Positions 9,671-19,464 of a stretch of DNA of 64,000 nucleotides are shown piece after piece. The stretch's first letter is position 1, and the number at the start of each line of letters is the position of its first letter. Both the position numbers and the translations under genes were made by a program. Where the stretch lies: assembly GCA_964463505.1 (NCBI GenBank), contig CAYXDC010000003.1:10657-74656 (forward strand). The letters run 5' to 3'. The notes under the pieces were generated by a model. The model was not told the origin of the DNA, ran no database searches, and worked only from the letters and a program-made list of their open reading frames with translations. The stretch is from an uncultured Anaerolineaceae bacterium. Lineage in GTDB: Bacteria; Chloroflexota; Anaerolineae; Anaerolineales; UBA4823.

Positions 9671-9784
9671 GGGCGTGTCCGGGTGGGTCCGGCGCGGCGG
9701 AAACCCCCGAACCCCGTCAGGTCCGAGAGGAAGCAGCGGTAAGGCGGTCAATCTGGGTGCCGCCGGGTTGCCTGCCCGGGCATT
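9671..9784 (+). ncRNA. ffs: signal recognition particle RNA (small bacterial 4.5S type)
   Basis: Contains GUCAGGUCCGAGAGGAAGCAGC, which matches the conserved domain IV of E. coli 4.5S (GUCAGGUCCGGAAGGAAGCAGC). The 5' GUGUCCGGGUGGGUCCGGCG pairs with the 3' CGCCGGGUUGCCUGCCCGGGCA to form one long hairpin. End coordinates are approximate. Confidence 0.85.
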
Positions 9785-9825
9785 CTTTAAACTAAAGTAA
9801 AGCCTTACCGGCTGAGATCAATTCC

Positions 9826-10965
9826 TTAACCGTCATAATGGGGGTTTCTGGTTGGCTTGATCTTGGGCGTCTTGGTCGGTTTCTTGGTTGGCTCCACTTC
9901 AATCGCGTCATCATCCGTGGCGGTCGGTAAAAAGATTGGAGTGGGCGTCGCAGTTGGCGTTGGTGTAGCGCTTGGAAACATCAGAGGTAACAGAGTGGCA
10001 GTCTCGTCTGGTGTAGCGCTTGGCCGAACTGTGGCTGTGGGTAGCTCCGTTTTGATTACAACTGGTAGGGACGCCAGGGTAGGCAGCGGACTGGGGGTGG
10101 GGGTCCCTCTTGTGATTGGAGAACCAATTTCCGGATCGATAGATGTCGGCTGAGTAATAATCGGCTGGGTGGCGATATCATTAGCACTGGTGATACTCTC
10201 TTCGGTAATCGTCAGTGCAAGGAGCATGTCTTTTTGGGAAAGCTCAGGGAGTGTTGCAGCCAGGATGTTGAACTGCTCCGAATGATGTTCAAGGATATGC
10301 TGCAATTGTGAAGCTATCTGAGATGCTTCAGCCTGTGCGGTTTCTTGGAGCTCGTGGATTTGATTCAATGCAAGTTGTACTTGCTCTTTATATCGCTGAA
10401 TGCTGGCCGATAAAAGGTTTAAACGGCCCTTTTGGATTAGGCCCTCAATCTCGAGCATCCGGCGATCGGTAAACTCTACCTCTAATTCAGTATCATGTTT
10501 TTGGGTAATGGATAGGAATAGGGATGCTTTTTCGATAGAGAGTTTTGATTGGTAGAGAAGATCACCTGGGATTGCTGACTGAGCAGCCAATGCAAATCCA
10601 GCAGTAGATGAAAATAATAGAATAATGACCAGGGCAAGGCTACCGACGAGTTGGAGAGTCCGCCGGCTAAAGAGCGATTGGAACTGATTTAGTAAACTAT
10701 TCAGATCGAAAGATTTTGTTGCTACTTGGGGGTGAGTGCTGATTGCTCTTTGGATGCGCATTTTGTGCGCAGATTTGAGCTCTGGGGGGGCGTCAAAAAG
10801 CTGCTTCTGTTGTTCGAACCATAGCGCAGATTCCACTAATGAGCGCAGTTCTTCAGCATGTTCTGGATAAAGCACCAAAGACTGATCTATTGTGGATTGA
10901 CCAGACAGGATCGCATCCAGGCAGGTGTCTATAATGTGTGCAAATGCAACCTGGTTCGACTTCAT
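9826..10965 (-). CDS. single-pass membrane protein with DUF5667-like ectodomain and Pro/Thr-rich tail; putative anti-sigma partner
   Basis: ATGA overlap with the upstream ECF sigma gene. TM LQLVGSLALVIILLFSSTAGFALAA followed by PGDLLYQSKLSIEKA (signature recalled for DUF5667). No zinc anti-sigma HxxxCxxC motif. Confidence 0.6.
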   Translation of the reverse strand: MKSNQVAFAHIIDTCLDAILSGQSTIDQSLVLYPEHAEELRSLVESALWFEQQKQLFDAPPELKSAHKMRIQRAISTHPQVATKSFDLNSLLNQFQSLFSRRTLQLVGSLALVIILLFSSTAGFALAAQSAIPGDLLYQSKLSIEKASLFLSITQKHDTELEVEFTDRRMLEIEGLIQKGRLNLLSASIQRYKEQVQLALNQIHELQETAQAEASQIASQLQHILEHHSEQFNILAATLPELSQKDMLLALTITEESITSANDIATQPIITQPTSIDPEIGSPITRGTPTPSPLPTLASLPVVIKTELPTATVRPSATPDETATLLPLMFPSATPTPTATPTPIFLPTATDDDAIEVEPTKKPTKTPKIKPTRNPHYDG

Positions 10966-11525
10966 TTACCGGTTCCCTTATCAAGAAGCTTTCTCATAGC
11001 TTCCAGGGCTCTAAACTGCAGGACGCGCGTGGCGCCTGGGGTCTTTCCAATTGATTGAGCAATTTCATCCGGCGCCAGGCCGGTATAAAACCTGAGTATT
11101 AAAATATTCCGATAATCCTCACGAAGCTCGCCTAATACCTGGCGAATGGCAAGGTGTTCCAAATTATCAAAAGATCCCTGTGAGGTGTGGCTTGAAATAT
11201 GATCAATCAACTCCTCGTCCACCGCTATTTCCGTACGAGACCCACTTGACCGGCGGTAATGATCGGTGAGGATATTCCGGGCTACCCGATAGATAAATGC
11301 TGCAAACGGAACTCCCTGATGTTGGTAATTAGGCAGGCTTTGCCAAATACGTAAAAATACTTCTTCCGCCAGATCCTCCGCATCCTGCACATTACCTAAA
11401 TGCGAATTCAAGAAACGGAAAATGCCGTCAAAGTAAAGATCATAGAGCTCGCCAAAGGCGTTTGTATCACCTTGACGGGCACGGTCTATCAGAGGGATTA
11501 CATTGTCATCCTGTCCTTGCGGCAT
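10962..11525 (-). CDS. ECF-type RNA polymerase sigma factor (sigma-70 family, regions 2 and 4)
   Basis: Region 2 (DAEDLAEEVFLRIWQSL.., FIYRVARNILTDHYRR) and region 4 HTH (LAPDEIAQSIGKTPGATRVLQFRALEAMRKLL). Confidence 0.9.
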   Translation of the reverse strand: MPQGQDDNVIPLIDRARQGDTNAFGELYDLYFDGIFRFLNSHLGNVQDAEDLAEEVFLRIWQSLPNYQHQGVPFAAFIYRVARNILTDHYRRSSGSRTEIAVDEELIDHISSHTSQGSFDNLEHLAIRQVLGELREDYRNILILRFYTGLAPDEIAQSIGKTPGATRVLQFRALEAMRKLLDKGTGK

Positions 11526-11663
11526 CCTCTACCCTTAGAAACGTAAATCTGCAATGTTTGTTACAAAACAACTGTGTAAATCATAACAAACAATCGCCCT
11601 ACAAACCAGACGATTTTATTAGGTTAGGACTTATACACATCGTAGGACCAAATTTTTTGACAG

Positions 11664-11699
11664 AAAAAACCAGGGCTGCCGCTGGCAGGCAGCCCTGGG
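11664..11699 (-). terminator. rho-independent terminator separating the two sigma/partner pairs
   Basis: CCAGGGCTGCC-gctggca-GGCAGCCCTGG, an 11-bp stem. The A6 run on the plus-strand 5' side gives a U tract on the minus-strand transcript. Confidence 0.65.
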
Positions 11700-11757
11700 G
11701 CTTGGAATGCGGTCGGGGATTGCCCGCATTCTGAAGGGGAGGCTAAGAGTTCTGGTT

Positions 11758-12789
11758 TTACGGTTTCTTCTTCTGCCCAGGAGGAGTCGCAGTCCCGCTG
11801 GCATCTTTTTCCCATGGCCAGTGGAACCAACCATCCTGTTGTTCTTGATATCCGAATGGGGCAGGGTATAGTTCATCGTCAGAATAACCAGGCAGGGTTG
11901 CCGGATCATCGTCTCCCACAGGAGGTTCGCCTGGTCCAGGTCCATAGGCTTCGGTGGTTTCAACAGGCAGCGGATCTTCCGCATCCAGTGCTTCTAGAGG
12001 TACCTCTTCCGTTGGGAGTGGCTCCTCGGTAGCAACGGGCTGGCCGGCGCGATATCGCATTTGCCATTGAAGTGGTTCCTCTATAGCTCCTTGCAAGGTC
12101 AGCATATGGCGAGTGATATGTTGAAGCAACGCCTGATCGGGGAGTTCAGGTTGTTTGGTCATCAGCTGATCCTGGTCTCGCAGGTGGATCTGGACTTTGA
12201 CCAGATCAACTGCTAGATCTTCAGCTTCCAGCAATGCCAGGGTATCTAACGCAACCTCGATATGATTGTTGTAGCGGTTTGCTAAATCGATGCTGGGAGC
12301 CTTGTTCTCAGCAGCCAAAAGCAAGGCTTCTGCCACGCGCTGGTCAGCGTAGGTCAATGCTAAATCGATGCGCTGTTCCGGATTACCAGTCAGGTTCATG
12401 CGGACATCTTCTGTAAGTGTTTTTACTGAGTACAACAGCTCATCAGGTTGGCTATCCTGGGCAGCATAAACCGTAGCGGTTGCGCCTCCAAAGATAAGTG
12501 AAAGAGCGATCAAAATCGAAACAATTGGTGCAAACACGGGTTGCAACTCCTTCCTGCTAAACGCAGTGTTAATTTGAGATTTAAGCTCTGCCCATTTAAA
12601 TCCCAGGGCAGGCAACAATCCGATGGTGGATTGGGTTTGTTTCGCCCTGCTGGAAAGCAGGTGAGCTGCGCTTACATACTTTTGCCGAGTTTGAGCGGCC
12701 AACTCAGGGTCGCGTTCTGGTTGATCCTGCAGGATTTCTAGCTGCCGGATAACATCCAGGTCGGTTTGGGTTTCTGGGTTTTTCTTCAT
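11758..12789 (-). CDS. single-pass membrane protein with DUF5667-like ectodomain; putative anti-sigma partner (paralogue of 9826..10965)
   Basis: ATGA overlap with the ECF sigma gene at 12786. TM followed by PDELLYSVKTLTEDV. Acidic, Pro-rich C-terminus. Confidence 0.6.
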   Translation of the reverse strand: MKKNPETQTDLDVIRQLEILQDQPERDPELAAQTRQKYVSAAHLLSSRAKQTQSTIGLLPALGFKWAELKSQINTAFSRKELQPVFAPIVSILIALSLIFGGATATVYAAQDSQPDELLYSVKTLTEDVRMNLTGNPEQRIDLALTYADQRVAEALLLAAENKAPSIDLANRYNNHIEVALDTLALLEAEDLAVDLVKVQIHLRDQDQLMTKQPELPDQALLQHITRHMLTLQGAIEEPLQWQMRYRAGQPVATEEPLPTEEVPLEALDAEDPLPVETTEAYGPGPGEPPVGDDDPATLPGYSDDELYPAPFGYQEQQDGWFHWPWEKDASGTATPPGQKKKP

Positions 12790-13331
12790 AACGGCTCTAC
12801 CTCATCTTGTAACGTCTTCTTCAAGGCCTGTAAGGCTCTATGCTGTAATGCTTTGACGGCCCCAATTGGTCTATCCATGGCTTTAGCGATTTGTTCGTTT
12901 TCCCACCCTTCCAGGTATTTCAAGACAATGACCTGGCGTTGTTCAGGAGTTAATCTCTCTAAAGCGCTACGAATTTCCTCCAAGGCCATATTCTTGTGGG
13001 CTGCTTCGCTCGGGTTGCTTTCGGGATCGGCTTCTATCTCGGGGTCCAGTTCGGCTTCGATGGGCGCCCGCTGGCGAAAAATATCTGTGATCCAATTATG
13101 TGCAATCCGAAACAAGTACGCTTGTAAATATTGGCGCGGACCCTGGCGCTTTTCAATCGCTTGCAGGAACCGGGCAAACGTTTCACCCACACATTCTTCT
13201 GCCAGGTAAATATCCCCTAGCAACCGCATTGCATAACGGAATATTGCAGGGCTGAAATGATCATATATTTCGATCAGCGCTGCTTCCTCATTACGCTGAG
13301 CACGTTCCAGCAATGCCTGTTCGTTTTCCAT
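12786..13331 (-). CDS. ECF-type RNA polymerase sigma factor
   Basis: Region 2 (LFRIAHNWITDIFRQR) and region 4 (LTPEQRQVIVLKYLEGWENEQIAKAMDRPIGAVKALQHRALQALKK). Confidence 0.9.
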   Translation of the reverse strand: MENEQALLERAQRNEEAALIEIYDHFSPAIFRYAMRLLGDIYLAEECVGETFARFLQAIEKRQGPRQYLQAYLFRIAHNWITDIFRQRAPIEAELDPEIEADPESNPSEAAHKNMALEEIRSALERLTPEQRQVIVLKYLEGWENEQIAKAMDRPIGAVKALQHRALQALKKTLQDEVEPL

Positions 13332-13408
13332 TGTTTGTGCTATCCCTTAAGACGGTGATTGGGCGATTCCGATACGGTGATTTGGAAATCTGATAGAATT
13401 GAAAACCT

Positions 13409-14788
13409 ATGAAAGTTAGCCATCTTCGCATTGCCGGAGCGAGTCTCCTGATTGTTGGCTTATTGTTATTGTGGACCGGAACTCGCAAATCGCTAACCTT
13501 GATTCTCAACGGAGAAAGTAAATCTTTTACCACGCATGCACTGCGGGTGATAGATTTGCTTACTCAGTTGGGATTTGAACCGCATCCGGTGGACCGGATT
13601 TCTTTAGACCTAAAAACCTGGTTAGTGAATAAAGATGTTTTACAACTTGAACAGGCTGCCGTAGTCGTCATATATGTAGATGGTAACCTGAGCCAGTTGA
13701 CCAGTCCTATACGGGTCCCAGCGAATCTGCTTGGTTTGGCCCAGGTGCGTTTATACCCTGGTGATCGTGTGCTGGTAAATGGGCTAAATGCTGATCCGGC
13801 TATTGCACTGGATTACTCGGAAATTTACCGTATACAGGTCCTCAGAGCTGTACAGGCGCGTTTTCATGATCAATCTTCATCACAAATATTTTACACCTCC
13901 GCGCCAACAGTTGCGCAAGCATTGGCTGAACAGGGACAGGCAATTTACGCTACAGATTGGATAAATGGTGGATTTGATGCGCCGCCCAAAAATGATCTCG
14001 AGACTGAGTATCAATCTGCGCAAAAACTTGAGGTACACGCTAAAGCTGGTTTGATAGAATTCTACAGCGCGGCTGCTTCGATCGGAGCAGCCCTGGCAGA
14101 GCGGGGGATTGCCCTTCAAAGCCTGGATTACACGCAGCCTGCTACGGAAGAACCTTTGCCAGAAGATGGGGTTATCCGCCTGATGCGCGTGAGCGAGCAG
14201 GTGGTTATTGAGCAGGAGCCCATTGCCTATGAATCCGAACTCCAACCGGCGCCCGATGTTGAGCTTGACCAGCGCATCACACTACAGGCAGGAGAGTATG
14301 GACTTTTAGCCCGCCGGGTGCGTATCCGGACGGAGGATGGAGAGGAGGTATCGCGCAAGGCTGAAGCAGAATGGGTAGCCCAGCCAGTTAAGAACCGCAT
14401 TGTGGGATATGGCACCAAAGTGGTGGTGAAAACATTAAGTACTCCAGATGGTCCGATTGAATATTGGCGTTCCGTTTCAATGTATGCGACATCCTATTCG
14501 CCTTGCCGCATCTTTGATGATCGCTGTGATTCGTATACTGCGAGTGGGGCGGAGCTTAAAAAAGGCATTGTGGCGGTGCGAGGTTATTGGTACCGTTATT
14601 ATGGCGGCACGCAGGTATATGTACCCGGTTATGGTGTAGGCCTGGTCGCAGATGTGGGTGGGGGGATTCCGGGTCGCTTTTGGATCGATCTCGGATATAG
14701 TGATAGCGATTATATCTCCTGGCATCAAGATGTCACTGTATATTTTCTAACCCCGGTGCCGGACCAGATCATGTATATCGTCCAGTAA
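13409..14788 (+). CDS. DUF348 / G5 / 3D-domain cell-wall protein (YabE/RpfB-like architecture)
   Basis: N-terminal TM and repeated DUF348-like segments. G5-like region (RITLQAGEYGLLARRVRIRTEDGEEVSR..VGYGTK). C-terminal 3D domain (YATSYSP..TASGAELKKGIVAV..VPGYGVGLVADVGGGI..WIDLGY). Confidence 0.8.
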   Translation: MKVSHLRIAGASLLIVGLLLLWTGTRKSLTLILNGESKSFTTHALRVIDLLTQLGFEPHPVDRISLDLKTWLVNKDVLQLEQAAVVVIYVDGNLSQLTSPIRVPANLLGLAQVRLYPGDRVLVNGLNADPAIALDYSEIYRIQVLRAVQARFHDQSSSQIFYTSAPTVAQALAEQGQAIYATDWINGGFDAPPKNDLETEYQSAQKLEVHAKAGLIEFYSAAASIGAALAERGIALQSLDYTQPATEEPLPEDGVIRLMRVSEQVVIEQEPIAYESELQPAPDVELDQRITLQAGEYGLLARRVRIRTEDGEEVSRKAEAEWVAQPVKNRIVGYGTKVVVKTLSTPDGPIEYWRSVSMYATSYSPCRIFDDRCDSYTASGAELKKGIVAVRGYWYRYYGGTQVYVPGYGVGLVADVGGGIPGRFWIDLGYSDSDYISWHQDVTVYFLTPVPDQIMYIVQ

Positions 14789-14803
14789 ACCGGTCAATCT
14801 TGC

Positions 14804-16174
14804 ATGCCTCCAGCCTCTGAGCCGTCATCAAACCTCAAACCGGTAGCCTCCTCCAACCAGGCTTCCCCTGCAACTGGTAATCATAAACGCATGCGGGCTG
14901 GCATAGCGTTGCTGGTCGGTCGTGGGGCGCGGGATGGCTATCTGGCAGCTCTGGATCAGGGTGTGATCAGCCTGGCAAACTTTTTAGCCACACTGATCCT
15001 GGCGCGGGTTGTCTCACCGACAGAGTTGGGGGTATATGGGGTAGGGTTTACATCCTTACGCTTGATTCGCTCGTTTCAAGAAGGCTTAACAATCCAACCG
15101 GTCAACACGTTTGGCGCAGGACTGGATGAAGCAAGTTTCCGCCGCTATGCCAGCAACACCAGTCTGATCCAGTTAGGCTTAGCTGTCTTATCCGCACTAG
15201 GAGCGGCAGTTCTGGGCTGGATCTTGATCATAACGGGAAACGATACCGCCGGGCCAGCTGTGCTGGGACTTTGGTTTCCTTTCTTAACCTGGCAGATCCA
15301 GGAATACCTGCGCCGGTTGCTCTACACGCGCGGCGAAATTTTCAATGCAGTTGTTAATACCTTGCTCGCCAATAGCGTGCGGATCGGGTTGATGATCTGG
15401 TGGATGGGAGGAGGTATGCTGGATGGCATCAGTGGATTGACCGCCATCGCCTGGGGATCGTTGGTAGCGATGCTGCCTGGCATCTGGTTGACTCGCCGTT
15501 ATTGGTCACCTTCTGTGCGTGGTTTGGGTCAGACCTGGCGCCAAAATTGGGAGTTCGGGCGTTGGGTATTGGGAAGCCAGCTTGCCAATTGGGTGGCAGT
15601 CGAATTTTATCCTGTGTTGACTGCGGGGATGATCAACTTTGCCGCTGCGGGAGCTTACCGTGCCCTGCAAAATCTGGTCGCTCCTATTCATTTACTATTG
15701 CGCGCAACCGATACCTTTCTGACCCCGCGGGCGGCTCGGGTCTTTAGCAATCATGGTTGGAAGCCGCTGGCGCGCACCATTCGCCTGACTTATATCTTAT
15801 CTGGAATTCCGATCGCTGGTATTCTGGCCCTGGCAAGCATCTTCCGCAGGCCTCTCCTGGAGCTGCTGTATGGGTCTGCCTATGTAGAATACGCCGATGG
15901 CCTACTTCTGATGGCCCTGTTTTACCTCTTGTGGTTTGCCTATTCGCCTTTGCAAACGGCATTCAAGGCAACCCGCACCAGCCGGCCGATTTTTGTCGCC
16001 AATGCCGGCGCAATCCTGGCAATGTTTACTTTGGGGATTTGGATGATCCAGAATTGGGGAGTGTATGGAACGATTGCTGGGCAGGGATTGAATTCTCTGA
16101 TTGTTGCGGTCATTTTATGGTGGAGCTGGATCAGACTCTGGCGTAAGAATGGCCAGTACCAGACGCAGACTTGA
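14804..16174 (+). CDS. polysaccharide flippase (Wzx/MOP superfamily-like) membrane protein
   Basis: 456 aa with about 12-14 TM helices. Sits in a polysaccharide-gene context. Assignment rests on topology and context only. Confidence 0.65.
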   Translation: MPPASEPSSNLKPVASSNQASPATGNHKRMRAGIALLVGRGARDGYLAALDQGVISLANFLATLILARVVSPTELGVYGVGFTSLRLIRSFQEGLTIQPVNTFGAGLDEASFRRYASNTSLIQLGLAVLSALGAAVLGWILIITGNDTAGPAVLGLWFPFLTWQIQEYLRRLLYTRGEIFNAVVNTLLANSVRIGLMIWWMGGGMLDGISGLTAIAWGSLVAMLPGIWLTRRYWSPSVRGLGQTWRQNWEFGRWVLGSQLANWVAVEFYPVLTAGMINFAAAGAYRALQNLVAPIHLLLRATDTFLTPRAARVFSNHGWKPLARTIRLTYILSGIPIAGILALASIFRRPLLELLYGSAYVEYADGLLLMALFYLLWFAYSPLQTAFKATRTSRPIFVANAGAILAMFTLGIWMIQNWGVYGTIAGQGLNSLIVAVILWWSWIRLWRKNGQYQTQT

Positions 16175-16180
16175 TCACCA

Positions 16181-17440
16181 TCACCTGCTCTGGCGATGCA
16201 GAAACCTGCGTGGCAACCTACCATTCCAGCCTGGCTGCCAGCGGTACCAGAAGGTGATCAGAAAGGCTAACCCCAGCAGCTTAAGGTCAAACCCCAAATT
16301 GGAATGTTGAATGTATAGGCGGTCGAAGCGCAGTTTTTGACGCGGTGTTAAATAATAATCGCCTGCAACCTGTGCTAAGCCTGCCAACCCCGGTAGGACT
16401 CGATGTCGGTCAGCATATTCGGGCATGGATTGTAGATAATCTGCCACCAGCACAGTGCGTTGCGGGCGTGGTCCAACGAAACTCATTTCTCCACGCAGAA
16501 TGTTGATCAATTGTGGTAATTCATCCAGGGCGGTTTTGCGCAGGAATCTTCCGAAGTGTAAGACACGGTCGTCCTTTTCCTTGGCCAGCACGGGTCCAGT
16601 TCCTTCTTCAGCCCCACGTACCATGGTGCGGAATTTGTATTGGCGGAAGTTATTTCCTCCGCGCGTGACAGAATTTTTTACAAACAGGAGTGGGCCAGGA
16701 TTCTCGATCCAGATCAGCATGCAGCTGGCTAACCAGATGGGAGCTGATAGGATGATCCCCAAAGCCGCAGCCAGGATGTCGAACGCACGTTTCCATACGT
16801 TTAGAGGATCACCTTGTTGGATGCGTTGATGGTGTAGTTGCTTTACAGTCTCCTGGATTGTTACATCAGGTGGGGAATTATTTTCAGCCAGCCCCTCGCG
16901 TGTCCAGGTTAATATCAGCGCCCCGCAAAACCCGCCAGCAAGTGCAGCCATTACCAGCAATAGAGTTCGTAAAAAATCAAAATGCATTTGGTTCAAAGAA
17001 TCAAGGAACAAATATCCAATAGCGAGCAGCGCGATAGAGAATACTGCCAGACGATATCTCCAGGGTGCGCTCAATGTACTAAGCAGCAGGCTTCGTTCAA
17101 GCAGGATGACAAGCGTTCCGTGCACGACAACCAGCACAAGAGCAGCTAAAACAAAAGAACTACCGTAAGCCTGAGTTAGGTGTGTAAAGTGGAAGATGCT
17201 CCACCATGCGGCAAACATTACCAGCGCCAAAACAATCGCCCAAACAGCTCCCCAATCTGTAGAACGGGTCCCCGTGCCAGATTCAGTTGAGGTGCGAGCC
17301 AGATCGCGCGACATGCTGAAATTATACTCGAGGCGGGTGAAATGTCTGTAAACTAATCCCAACAGACGGGGTGTTATAATGGCGAATTGGAATCCAAGCC
17401 CAGTAGCCAGGAGCCAATTCGGGAATGCAAAATCAGGCAA
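16181..17440 (-). CDS. polyprenyl-phosphate sugar phosphotransferase (bacterial sugar transferase, WbaP/EpsB-like)
   Basis: C-terminal catalytic domain KRAFDILAAALGIILSAPIW..LLFVKNSVTRGGNNFRQYKFRTMV..DELPQLINILRGEMSFVGPRP. Start is uncertain: 17440 overlaps the divergent LCP gene, and ATG 17314 is the alternative. Confidence 0.88.
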   Translation of the reverse strand: MPDFAFPNWLLATGLGFQFAIITPRLLGLVYRHFTRLEYNFSMSRDLARTSTESGTGTRSTDWGAVWAIVLALVMFAAWWSIFHFTHLTQAYGSSFVLAALVLVVVHGTLVILLERSLLLSTLSAPWRYRLAVFSIALLAIGYLFLDSLNQMHFDFLRTLLLVMAALAGGFCGALILTWTREGLAENNSPPDVTIQETVKQLHHQRIQQGDPLNVWKRAFDILAAALGIILSAPIWLASCMLIWIENPGPLLFVKNSVTRGGNNFRQYKFRTMVRGAEEGTGPVLAKEKDDRVLHFGRFLRKTALDELPQLINILRGEMSFVGPRPQRTVLVADYLQSMPEYADRHRVLPGLAGLAQVAGDYYLTPRQKLRFDRLYIQHSNLGFDLKLLGLAFLITFWYRWQPGWNGRLPRRFLHRQSR

Positions 17441-18591
17441 AACCTTCTAGAAAGAAATATATCGGTCAAGGATTAGGGATATTTTTTGGATTGCTACTCT
17501 TAGCCAGTCTTTTCGCTTACCCGTATTTGCGCCAGCGTTGGTCAGCCCCACTTGGTCCTAGCTTGCAACTCCCTACACTCACACCTACAGTGGAGCTGGT
17601 GATTGCCACTCCGTCAGCGACAGCGATTGCAGAAAACGCGCCAGATCAGGAGCAGGCGACTCTACCTGCACCTGTGGCAATAGAAGCAACTGCAATGCCA
17701 ACCGCAACTCCTGAACCACTGTGTGGAGGTCCACCTGCAATGGTGGTATTAGGGATTGGGGCAGATAGTGACTTTGAATATCGCTATGGACTGGCAGATG
17801 CCATGCGGGTTGCTCGGGTGGATTTTATCAATGCTAAAGTGTCGGTATTATCTGTGCCTCGTGATCTATGGGTGGAAATTCCAGATATTGAACAACATTA
17901 CGGAATTACTCACGGGAAATTGAACCAGGCATATTTTTATGGAAGCCCGGGTATGGGATATTATGACGGTCCAGGGGAAAGCCCAGGCTTACTGGCGCGT
18001 ACCCTGGATTTGAATTTTGGTCTGCGCGTCGACCATTACGGCGCAGTAAACATGGAAACGTTCGTCAAAATTGTTGATGCTGTGGGTGGAATTGATATCT
18101 ACCTTGCCAATGATGTGGATGGACGTCCAATTGATGATCAAACTGAGGATATGGGCTACTTTTATGCTGGGCAACAGCATTTTACAGGGGACGAAGCCTT
18201 GCGCTTCTCGCGTATTCGCAAAAAATACAATGATTTCACGCGTATGGATAACCAGACCCTGGTTTTATGTTCTTTGCGCGACAAATTGCTCAACCCCTCT
18301 GTTTTGCCAAAAATTCCTCAAATTGTGGGTGCCTTTCAAGGCGCAGTGCAGACTGACCTGAGTCTGGAACAACTCACCCAACTGGCATGTTTATTACCAC
18401 ATATTGAACGGGAAGACCTGCTCTTTGCCAGCTTTCCACAGGATATGCTGGTACCCTCCAGGGTTTATAGCGAAGCGCTCAAAAACGAGACCTTTGTGCT
18501 CGATGTAGATAATGCGGAAATCCGCTCGTATGTTGAAAGATTTCTGGATGGTTCCTGGCCTACTGAGCCGAAGGAGCCGACCTGCCCGTGA
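17425..18591 (+). CDS. LytR-CpsA-Psr (LCP) family cell-envelope phosphotransferase
   Basis: N-terminal TM. LCP core DAMRVARVDFINAKVSVLSVPRDLWVEIP..QAYFYG..FSRIRK. Confidence 0.85.
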   Translation: MQNQAKPSRKKYIGQGLGIFFGLLLLASLFAYPYLRQRWSAPLGPSLQLPTLTPTVELVIATPSATAIAENAPDQEQATLPAPVAIEATAMPTATPEPLCGGPPAMVVLGIGADSDFEYRYGLADAMRVARVDFINAKVSVLSVPRDLWVEIPDIEQHYGITHGKLNQAYFYGSPGMGYYDGPGESPGLLARTLDLNFGLRVDHYGAVNMETFVKIVDAVGGIDIYLANDVDGRPIDDQTEDMGYFYAGQQHFTGDEALRFSRIRKKYNDFTRMDNQTLVLCSLRDKLLNPSVLPKIPQIVGAFQGAVQTDLSLEQLTQLACLLPHIEREDLLFASFPQDMLVPSRVYSEALKNETFVLDVDNAEIRSYVERFLDGSWPTEPKEPTCP

Positions 18592-19463
18592 GCCTTTCAA
18601 CCCTGGATATTCCAGCTATACTGCGTCAGTTTGGACTTCACCCAGACAAGAAACTGGGGCAAAATTTTCTAGTCGATCCAGAAGCCCTGGAACGCATCAT
18701 TCAGGTTGCTGAAATTCACCCGCATGACTGTGTATTAGAAATTGGCCCTGGTTTGGGCAGCCTTACCCGTTATCTGGCGACGAGTGCACGCCGTGTAATT
18801 GCAGTAGAGCTAGATCGCAAGCTCATATCACCTCTGGGGGAGATATTGGCGGAATATACCAATGTAAGGCTGGTCGAAGGGGATATCCTGGCATTGAATC
18901 CGGCGGAGCTCATCCATCAAGGGTGCTTGGTGGGTGAACAGGATGATTTAAGCGCTTATCTGGTAGTTGCCAATATTCCCTATTACATCACTTCCGCATT
19001 GATCCGCCATTTATTGGGAGCTCCGGTTAAACCAGCACGCCTGGTACTAACTGTCCAGCGGGAGGTCGCAGAGCGTATTTGTGCTGCGCCAGGTGATCTT
19101 AGCTTGCTAGCGCTCAGTGTGCAGGTTTTCGGGGAAGCAAAGGTGAAAACACGTATTCCTGCAGGTGCCTTTTATCCAGCACCCCAGGTAGATTCCGCAG
19201 TGGTACGGGTAGACTTGTATCAGGAACCACTTATCTCTGAACTCTGGTTGAAAGACTTCTTTCGTCTGGCGAAAGCTGGTTTTAGCCAAAAACGGAAGAC
19301 CTTGCGTAACGCTTTGTCAGGCGGTTTGTCCTGGCGCCCGCAAGAGGTTAGTGAGCTTCTAACTGAGGCTGGGATCGATCCGCAGCGTCGTGCTGAGACA
19401 GTCAGTCTCGCTGAATGGCAGGCTTTGACTGCGGTTTACCGTGTTAAAGCAAGTTCAGGCTGA
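18588..19463 (+). CDS. rsmA: 16S rRNA (adenine1518/1519-N6)-dimethyltransferase
   Basis: KKLGQNFLVDPEALERI, SAM motif VLEIGPGLGSLT, ANIPYYITS. GTGA overlap with the upstream gene. Confidence 0.95.
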   Translation: MSLSTLDIPAILRQFGLHPDKKLGQNFLVDPEALERIIQVAEIHPHDCVLEIGPGLGSLTRYLATSARRVIAVELDRKLISPLGEILAEYTNVRLVEGDILALNPAELIHQGCLVGEQDDLSAYLVVANIPYYITSALIRHLLGAPVKPARLVLTVQREVAERICAAPGDLSLLALSVQVFGEAKVKTRIPAGAFYPAPQVDSAVVRVDLYQEPLISELWLKDFFRLAKAGFSQKRKTLRNALSGGLSWRPQEVSELLTEAGIDPQRRAETVSLAEWQALTAVYRVKASSG

Positions 19464-19464
19464 G

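Noticed and set aside
9962-10023. 14-nt direct repeat GGTGTAGCGCTTGG (9962-9975 and 10010-10023)
   Set aside because: It lies inside the Pro/Thr-rich tail coding region and simply encodes the repeated peptide PSATP. It is not a CRISPR-like or regulatory repeat.
11538-11565. ECF-type promoter look-alike TGTAAC-N16-CGTTTC upstream of the first sigma gene (minus strand)
   Set aside because: The -10-like element ends only 12 nt before the ATG. A transcript from it would lack the GAGG ribosome-binding site, so the geometry is implausible.
17425-17440. 16-nt 5'-to-5' overlap of the divergent sugar transferase and LCP genes
   Set aside because: This is most likely a start-codon artefact of the ORF track. 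An internal ATG at 17314 gives the sugar transferase a normal intergenic promoter region. It cannot be resolved without N-terminal or TSS data.
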